Shown: one piece after another, positions 58,138 to 64,000 of the stretch
Numbering within the stretch: the stretch's first letter is position 1
How the letters are laid out: every line of letters starts with the position of its first letter
Assembly: GCA_039584815.1 (NCBI GenBank)
Contig: JBDGXC010000002.1
Location: 89,508-153,507, forward strand
From: Gemmatimonadota bacterium
Lineage (GTDB): Bacteria > Gemmatimonadota > Gemmatimonadetes > Palauibacterales > Palauibacteraceae
Direction of reading: 5' to 3'
DNA: 64,000 nucleotides
Notes under the pieces: generated by a model
Told to the model about the DNA's origin: nothing
Database searches by the model: none
What the model saw: only the letters and a program-made list of their open reading frames with translations
Position numbers and translations under genes: made by a program

Positions 58138-59829
58138 ATGCCGCTCCCGGTTCCGGATGGACGGGTCGACGGACTCGCCGGGTCGCTCGGCCTCCCGCCC
58201 GATGTGTGTCGCATCCTGATCCGCCGGGGCGTGGACTCCACCGAAGAGGCGCGCTCATTCCTGCGCCCTCATCTCTCGGGCCTGCGGTCGCCCGCCGATC
58301 TTCCGGATCTCGGGCCGGCCGTGGAGCGAATCGAGGCGGCAATCCTCGCGGGTGAGACCATCCTCGTCCACGGGGACTACGACGCGGATGGCATGTCGGC
58401 GGCAGCCCTGTTGACCCTGGGCCTGAGTGAGCTCGGAGGACGCGTGGAGGCCTTCGTGCCGCACCGGACGCGAGATGGATACGATCTCTCCGAGGCCGGA
58501 CTCGAGCGGGCCACCGAGTCGGGAGCCTCCCTGATCGTGACGGCCGATTGTGGTGTCACGGCGGTGTCTGCGGTGCAGAAGGCGGCCACGTCTGGGATCG
58601 ATGTCGTGGTGACGGACCATCACCGCCCCGGGAAACGGCTGCCCGATGCGGTCGCGCTCGTGAACCCGCTGCGGGCGGACAGCTCGTACGGCTTTCATGG
58701 ATTGGCGGGAGTCGGGGTGGCGTTCAAGGTTCTCGCGGCCCTGTACGAGCGATCGACCATCGCGGCGCCGCTGCTGAACCAGCACCTGGATCTCGTCGCG
58801 ATCGGTACCGTGGCCGATCAGATGCCGTTGACGGACGAGAACCGGATTCTCGTGCGGGCCGGCCTGCGGGCGCTGGAACGAACCCGCAAGCCGGGGCTAC
58901 GGGCCCTGCTCTCGCACGCGGGTGTGGACGGAGACAAGGGAATCCACGCCCAACAGATATCGTTTCGCATCGCACCGCGGCTGAACTCGGTGGGACGAAT
59001 GGCGGAAGCGGACGCGGGCCTCGAGCTCCTGCTCACGCGAGATCCGGTAGCCGCCGAGAGGCTCGCCGCGCACCTCGAACGCCAGAACGCGCAGCGCCGG
59101 CAGACCGACAGCCAGGTGTTCGAAGAGGTCAGGCAGCAGCTGCGCTCCAGGTTCCGGGACGACGATCGAGCAGTCGTGCTGTGGGGAGACGGCTGGCATC
59201 CGGGCGTCATCGGGATCGTAGCTTCCCGTCTCGTGGAACGTCTGCACCGACCGTCCGTGGTCATCGCGTTTGACGGGGACGTGGGGCGGGGGTCGGGCCG
59301 GTCCATCGAGGGCTTCCACCTGTTCGAGGCACTCCGGGAGTGCGAGTCGCTTCTCGATCGGTTCGGCGGACACCGCCTCGCCGCGGGTCTGACGGTTCGC
59401 CGTGACCGGGTCGAGGAACTGGCGGATCGTCTGCGACAGGTAGCGGAGAGGGAGCTCCGGGATCGAGAGCCGATCGACGAGTTGCGCCTCGATCTGGAGA
59501 TCTCCCTCGATCGGGTGAACCCCGATCTCCTGCGCTGGCTCGATCACCTCGGTCCCTTCGGTCAGGGCAACCCCCCGCCGGTACTCATGGTGCGCCGGGT
59601 ACATCTGGATCGACCGGGCAGAGTAGGAAGCGATGGCGCGCACCTTCGAGTGGCACTGTCGCGGGGGGAGGACCGGGTACCGGCCATCGGCTTCGGCCTG
59701 GGACGTCGTCTGCAGGAGGCTCGCTCCATGAGCCACGCCGACGTGGCGATCGAGCTGGCCGAGAATCGGTGGAACGGCCGTGCCGAGCTGCAGGCCCGGG
59801 TCCTGGATTTTCGCCCGACCGAGCCGTGA
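58138..59829 (+). CDS. recJ: single-stranded-DNA-specific exonuclease RecJ
   Basis: DHH motifs (ILVHGDYDADGMSAAALL, TADCGV, VTDHH) and the DHHA1 domain. Confidence 0.9.
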   Translation: MPLPVPDGRVDGLAGSLGLPPDVCRILIRRGVDSTEEARSFLRPHLSGLRSPADLPDLGPAVERIEAAILAGETILVHGDYDADGMSAAALLTLGLSELGGRVEAFVPHRTRDGYDLSEAGLERATESGASLIVTADCGVTAVSAVQKAATSGIDVVVTDHHRPGKRLPDAVALVNPLRADSSYGFHGLAGVGVAFKVLAALYERSTIAAPLLNQHLDLVAIGTVADQMPLTDENRILVRAGLRALERTRKPGLRALLSHAGVDGDKGIHAQQISFRIAPRLNSVGRMAEADAGLELLLTRDPVAAERLAAHLERQNAQRRQTDSQVFEEVRQQLRSRFRDDDRAVVLWGDGWHPGVIGIVASRLVERLHRPSVVIAFDGDVGRGSGRSIEGFHLFEALRECESLLDRFGGHRLAAGLTVRRDRVEELADRLRQVAERELRDREPIDELRLDLEISLDRVNPDLLRWLDHLGPFGQGNPPPVLMVRRVHLDRPGRVGSDGAHLRVALSRGEDRVPAIGFGLGRRLQEARSMSHADVAIELAENRWNGRAELQARVLDFRPTEP

Positions 59830-60380
59830 GCCTGCGGATCATCGCTGGCGATCTGGGAGGCCGCCGCATCAAGACACCGCGCGGTACGGCCACCCGTCCT
59901 ACGCGGGAGGCTGTACGCGAAGCGTGGTTCAGCAGTCTGTCGCCGCGGCTCCCTGACAGCCGTGTCCTGGATCTGTTCGCGGGCTCGGGCGCGCTCGGCA
60001 TCGAGGCGCTGTCCCGAGGAGCGGCCTGGGTGACCTTCGTGGAGGCGGACCAGCGCGTGTGCGATGTGCTGAGGTCGAACGTAAGCACGCTCGGCGTAGA
60101 GGAACGCTGTGAGGTACGGCGGGCCGATGCCGTCCGCGTGGCCGAGAGGCTGGCGCGCGAAGGCGTGCGGGAGTGGGACATCGTGCTCTCGGACCCGCCG
60201 TACGGGGGAGACGAGGCGATGCAGATCGTGGCGGCCTTCGGTCGCTTCGCGTACGCGCGTATCCTGTGTGTGGAGCACGCCCCGGATACGGACCTTCCCG
60301 GTGATCCGGTGTGGAACCGGACGTACGGGGACACGGCCCTGTCCTTCTTCGTGGATCCGATGGAAGGAGTGTCGGCATGA
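59826..60380 (+). CDS. rsmD: 16S rRNA (guanine966-N2)-methyltransferase RsmD
   Basis: GTGA overlap. TRPT..VREA..LDLFAGSGALGIEALSRGA..DPPY. Confidence 0.8.
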   Translation: MSLRIIAGDLGGRRIKTPRGTATRPTREAVREAWFSSLSPRLPDSRVLDLFAGSGALGIEALSRGAAWVTFVEADQRVCDVLRSNVSTLGVEERCEVRRADAVRVAERLAREGVREWDIVLSDPPYGGDEAMQIVAAFGRFAYARILCVEHAPDTDLPGDPVWNRTYGDTALSFFVDPMEGVSA

Positions 60381-60886
60381 GTGAGCAACGGATCGCCATC
60401 TACCCTGGTTCGTTCGATCCCCTAACGCTGGGGCATGACGATATCGTGCAGCGGAGCCTCAAGCTCGTGGACCTGGTGATCGTAGCGATCGCCGCGACGG
60501 CTACGCACACCAAGGAAGCCACGTTCACGGTGGAGCAGAGGGTAGCCCTGGGGCGGGAGACTTATGCGAATCAGGGGCGTGTGGAGGTGGTTCCGTTCGA
60601 CGGTCTTCTCGTTGATCTGGCGCGGGAACTTGGATCACGGCTCATCGTCCGCGGTCTGCGCGCCGTGAGCGACTTCGAGTACGAGTTCCAGATGGCTCTC
60701 ATGAATCGGACTCTGTCACCCGAGATCGAGGTGATCTTCATGGCTCCGGCCAGCAATTTCACCTTTCTGAGCTCCTCGCTGGTACGGGAGGTGGCCCGGC
60801 TCGGCGGCGACGTTTCGGGCTTCGTGCCGGCTCCCGTGCTGCGAGAGCTGATCCGGGTCTACGGTCCGGCCGCCGGCGGACAGTGA
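60377..60886 (+). CDS. coaD: phosphopantetheine adenylyltransferase
   Basis: ATGA overlap. IAIYPGSFDPLTLGHDDIV (HxGH). Confidence 0.9.
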   Translation: MSEQRIAIYPGSFDPLTLGHDDIVQRSLKLVDLVIVAIAATATHTKEATFTVEQRVALGRETYANQGRVEVVPFDGLLVDLARELGSRLIVRGLRAVSDFEYEFQMALMNRTLSPEIEVIFMAPASNFTFLSSSLVREVARLGGDVSGFVPAPVLRELIRVYGPAAGGQ

Positions 60887-61848
60887 GCTTCGTCGATTCC
60901 CTGCGTGAGCGCGCCGCACGGATCGGCGGGCGAATCGGCTTCCCGGAAGCCGGTGAGCCCCGAACCGCGGAGGCCATCCTTCGCCTGGCCCGGGAGGGAG
61001 CGGTGCGACCGGTCGTGGTCGGCGACGCCGTGGGCGATCCGGGGCCCGAAGTGGAGATCGTGGATTCGGCCGCACCCGAGTTCCGGGACCTGGTCGCGGA
61101 TTTGCTGACGGAAGCGTCAACCCCGGGACCGGTGGACGCGCTGCGTTTCGCGGTGGCCCTGCTTCGCGACGAACACCTGGACGGCGTCGTAGCCGGGGCC
61201 CGGAGCTCGACAGCCGAGGTCCTGCGAACGGGCCTGAACCTCCTCGGAGCAGCCCCCGGAACCGACACGGTATCCAGCTCTTTCTATATGGTCGTACGAC
61301 GGGAGCCCGATGAAACCGAGTCCGTGCTCACGTTCACCGACGCTGCCGTGGTGCTGCGACCGGGGCCCGAGCAATTGGCCGCGATCGCTCAGGAGGCCTG
61401 CCAGGCCCGCCGTCTGATCGTCGGCGACGAGCCCCGCGTCGCCTTCCTCTCGTACTCCACGCACGGGTCGGCGGACGGCGAGTCGGTCCGGCGCGCGAGG
61501 GAGGCTCTGAGGCTGTTTCGGGAGCGCCAGCCCGATATACTCAGTGACGGAGAGCTGCAGGTCGATGCGGCTCTGGTCTCCGAGGTGGCGGCGCGCAAGG
61601 CACCGGGCTCACCGCTCGCGGGACGGGCGAACGTTCTGGTGTTTCCGGACCTGGACGCGGGCAACATCGGGTACAAGCTCGTGCACCGCCTGGCGGGCGC
61701 GCGCGCTCTCGGGCCGATTCTTCAGGGACTCGATCGTCCGCTGAACGACCTATCGCGCGGAGCGTCCGTCGATGACATCGTTCACGTGGCGTATATCACG
61801 GCCCTGTTGGCGGGCCGGTCGCGCACGCAGGGTTCTGCATTCATTTGA
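60883..61848 (+). CDS. phosphate acetyl/butyryltransferase (PTA_PTB family)
   Basis: GTGA overlap. PTA_PTB fold blocks (VAFLSYSTHGS, LVFPDLDAGNIGYKL, DLSRGASVDDIVHVAYITAL). 321 aa. Confidence 0.75.
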   Translation: MSFVDSLRERAARIGGRIGFPEAGEPRTAEAILRLAREGAVRPVVVGDAVGDPGPEVEIVDSAAPEFRDLVADLLTEASTPGPVDALRFAVALLRDEHLDGVVAGARSSTAEVLRTGLNLLGAAPGTDTVSSSFYMVVRREPDETESVLTFTDAAVVLRPGPEQLAAIAQEACQARRLIVGDEPRVAFLSYSTHGSADGESVRRAREALRLFRERQPDILSDGELQVDAALVSEVAARKAPGSPLAGRANVLVFPDLDAGNIGYKLVHRLAGARALGPILQGLDRPLNDLSRGASVDDIVHVAYITALLAGRSRTQGSAFI

Positions 61849-61861
61849 GACAGAGGCCACC

Positions 61862-62191
61862 ATGTTCTCCATCGCCGAGATGAACGGCATCACGATCGTG
61901 GAAGTGGACGGGGAGTTGATCGTGGGCAACCGGAAGGAGCTCAAGGACACGGTCCTGCACAGGCTCGACGCGGGCGATCGCCGGTTCCTCATCGATTTCA
62001 CGACCTCCAGCTACATCGACTCCAGTGGCCTAGGGGTCCTGGTAAGCCTGTCGAAGAAGATCCGGGAAGCCGGGGGCATGCTGCGCCTGGCGGGCCTGAA
62101 CGAGGATCTCCGGACGCTGTTCGAGCTCACGAAACTGGACACGTTGTTTCAGATCGCCGACACGCGGTCCCGCGCCCTGAGTGATTTCTGA
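61862..62191 (+). CDS. STAS-domain anti-sigma-factor antagonist
   Basis: SpoIIAA/RsbV-like (LVGNRKELKDTV..LIDFTTSSYIDSSGLGVLVSL..LRLAGLNEDLRTLFELTKLD). Conserved phosphorylatable Ser in DSSGLG. Confidence 0.8.
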   Translation: MFSIAEMNGITIVEVDGELIVGNRKELKDTVLHRLDAGDRRFLIDFTTSSYIDSSGLGVLVSLSKKIREAGGMLRLAGLNEDLRTLFELTKLDTLFQIADTRSRALSDF

Positions 62192-62198
62192 CCCGGTA

Positions 62199-64000
62199 AT
62201 GCCAACCGACAGCGCTCTCATCTGCTCTCACCGGCCGCGGGTGACGGACGATCTCCTGCGAGAGCTCGCGGCAATCGATGCCCGGGCCACCGTCTCGCGG
62301 TCGCCGCGCGACTGGCCGTCGGACCCACCGGGGATCGCCTTCATGGACCTTGCCGACGAGGACCAACCCGTCCGCGAGGCGCGGCTGGCCTTCGGACGAT
62401 CCACCGAGCTCATCGCGATCGTGGACAACGAGTCGGTCGACCGCCTCGTTCCCGCACTGGCGGCAGGGTGCGCCGACTACCTGTTCTTTCCCCTCAATGC
62501 AGACGAACTGGGCCTGAAGTGGAAGCGCCACCTCGCCGGCGAGGGCGGTACCGGGGCGCGACGGCCGGAGGGACTCGCGGGCCGACTCGACCTGGTGTTT
62601 CCATCCGAGGTCGAGTTCGTGCGCGAGGTCGTGGCAGAGGTCGTGGATGCTTGCGAGCGACTCGCATTCTCGGGTTCGAGGGCCACGCTCAACCTGCGGG
62701 TAGCGGTGGGAGAGGCTCTGTCGAACGCCATCCTGTACGGCAATCGCGAGGATCCCGATAAGGCGGTGCGCGTGTCCGCCCTGCTGCGACCGGGGTCGGC
62801 CGAAGTGACGGTCACAGATGAAGGGGCCGGGTTCAATCCGGGTGCGGTCGCGGACCCGACACAGCCGGGGAACAGAGGTCGCAGTCACGGCCGCGGCCTT
62901 TTTCTGCTACGGTCCCTGACCGACGACGTGAGGTTCAACGAGCGAGGCAACTCGGTTACGCTGACTTTGCGGATCGACACCGTGGAAACGGATTCCCGGG
63001 ACGCCGACCTTACGCCGTCCGATTCGCTTCCTTCCGGCGAGCTCCCGGACGCGGCGGAGGCCAGGCCGTTCCGGAGCGAGCGGATCGAGGAGTACCTCGA
63101 GAGCTTCCACCGTGTCACGGGTCTTCGCTTTCGACTGGCGGCCGAGGGCCCCGCCGGATCGGCGGTGCTCCACGACTCTCTGGCTGACACGGATCAGGGA
63201 ACGGTCGGGGAGACCAGCTGGGCGGTCATGCCCGGTCTCCGCCTGCGGCTCGGAACGGCGCCGGACCCGACGGTCGATGGGCTGACGATCGACCTGCTTC
63301 GCGAGTCAGCGAGCCGCCTGGTTGCGTCGGAGCGGGAGGCCAGGTTCTTCGCGGGCGAGCTGTCGGAACGGTACGAGGAGATCGAGTTGCTGACCTCGGC
63401 CGGAGAGACGCTGGGCTCGATCATCCACCTCGAGCGGGCTGCGAGCCGCCTGCTGGAACGACTGGCGAACGTTCTGGAGGCCGATGTCGCAGCCGTCTGG
63501 GTTCCCGATGAAGGGGCTCCCGACGGGTTCCGGAGGCTGGCGATCGGGGGAGAGGGAGAGGCGGATCACGGGTTGGCAGAAGCGGGATTCGAGACTGCGC
63601 ACACCGACACCGTGCTTCGAACGCAGGTACCACGCGTGCGGAAGGGCCGCGATGAGGCCATCGAGACCTCGGATCGGACGTTCCTCGCCGTGCCTCTTCG
63701 CCACTCGGCGCTACACGGCAGCTCCCGCGCGGTGGGAGTTTTGGGGGCGCGTGGTCGTCGGGGGCGGGACACCTTCGCACAGGGTGACGTCAACCTGGCG
63801 GCGACAGTGGCATCGCACCTCGCGGCGGCCATCGAGAACGACCGGCTGGTACGAGAGAGCCTCGTCCAGGAGCGGATGCTCGTGGAGCTGGAACTGGCGC
63901 ACCACCTGCAGATGAAGCTGCTTCCGGATCTCGGTGACTTCGCGGGAATCGCGGACGTCGCCGCCCGGTGCGAGCCGGCCGAGTCGGTCGGAGGGGACTT
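62199..64000 (+). CDS. multidomain partner-switching regulator (REC-like / RsbW-like Ser kinase HATPase / GAF / PP2C phosphatase), OsaC-like; 3' end off window
   Basis: Frame-0 reading from the ATG at 62199 is open to position 64000 with no stop, which is why it is missing from the ORF track. HATPase N-box (GEALSNAILYG), G1 (VTDEGAGFNP) and G2 (GRGLFLLRSL). GAF-like region. The start of the SpoIIE/PP2C domain (LQMKLLP..ARCEPAESVGGD). Confidence 0.7.
   Translation, partial: MPTDSALICSHRPRVTDDLLRELAAIDARATVSRSPRDWPSDPPGIAFMDLADEDQPVREARLAFGRSTELIAIVDNESVDRLVPALAAGCADYLFFPLNADELGLKWKRHLAGEGGTGARRPEGLAGRLDLVFPSEVEFVREVVAEVVDACERLAFSGSRATLNLRVAVGEALSNAILYGNREDPDKAVRVSALLRPGSAEVTVTDEGAGFNPGAVADPTQPGNRGRSHGRGLFLLRSLTDDVRFNERGNSVTLTLRIDTVETDSRDADLTPSDSLPSGELPDAAEARPFRSERIEEYLESFHRVTGLRFRLAAEGPAGSAVLHDSLADTDQGTVGETSWAVMPGLRLRLGTAPDPTVDGLTIDLLRESASRLVASEREARFFAGELSERYEEIELLTSAGETLGSIIHLERAASRLLERLANVLEADVAAVWVPDEGAPDGFRRLAIGGEGEADHGLAEAGFETAHTDTVLRTQVPRVRKGRDEAIETSDRTFLAVPLRHSALHGSSRAVGVLGARGRRGRDTFAQGDVNLAATVASHLAAAIENDRLVRESLVQERMLVELELAHHLQMKLLPDLGDFAGIADVAARCEPAESVGGD

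Noticed and set aside
1-64000. CRISPR arrays, tRNA/rRNA genes, transposases or integrases
   Set aside because: No periodic repeat-spacer structure, T-loop-like GTTCGAATC motifs in intergenic DNA, or transposase/integrase-like ORFs were seen.

Overview
This is a 64 kb, very high-GC (roughly 68-70%) bacterial chromosomal window. It is almost fully coding, mostly on the + strand, and genes are often translationally coupled through ATGA/GTGA/TTGA start-stop overlaps. No rRNA, tRNA, CRISPR array or mobile element was found. Gene content in order:
- A PadR regulator (5' truncated), a small SHOCT-domain membrane protein and the Tag glycosylase, all coupled.
- A secreted Vgb-like propeller lyase, an SDR oxidoreductase and an S9 peptidase.
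- A complete membrane-bound uptake [NiFe]-hydrogenase locus. It carries hupS (Tat signal), hupL, cytochrome b hupC and the protease hupD. An antisense small membrane ORF and a mono-haem cytochrome c lipoprotein follow. The maturation genes hypA-like, hypB, hypF, hypC, hypD and hypE complete it.
- rpmE, prfA and prmC.
- A YlbF-like gene.
- A phosphatidylinositol-phosphate synthase-like gene, myo-inositol-1-phosphate synthase and tmk.
- Two tandem S41 C-terminal-processing peptidase paralogues.
- HU on the - strand.
- A tightly coupled eight-gene array: rhodanese, asparaginase II, CMD, obg, dprA, hemW, hrcA and dnaJ.
- A DinB_2 protein and a VKOR-thioredoxin fusion.
- A class V aminotransferase (- strand), asnA and a glutamine synthetase-like protein.
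- A - strand pentose-phosphate operon: tkt, rpiB and a tal-pgi fusion.
- glgB and a GH57 glycosidase.
- rsmE, a HIT protein, mutS2, dnaG, a zinc-ribbon protein, recJ, rsmD, coaD and a PTA/PTB acyltransferase.
- A STAS antagonist, followed by a large ORF open to the window end. This ORF is absent from the ORF track. It encodes a REC-like, RsbW-like kinase, GAF and PP2C phosphatase partner-switching protein.
The most unusual observations are the following.
- The open-ended kinase-phosphatase ORF.
- A hupS proximal-cluster motif carrying Asn in place of the second Cys.
- A HypA-like protein with no zinc finger.
- A tmk gene with no canonical start codon. It may initiate at a CTG overlapping the upstream stop.
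- An AT-rich codon island at a gene junction.
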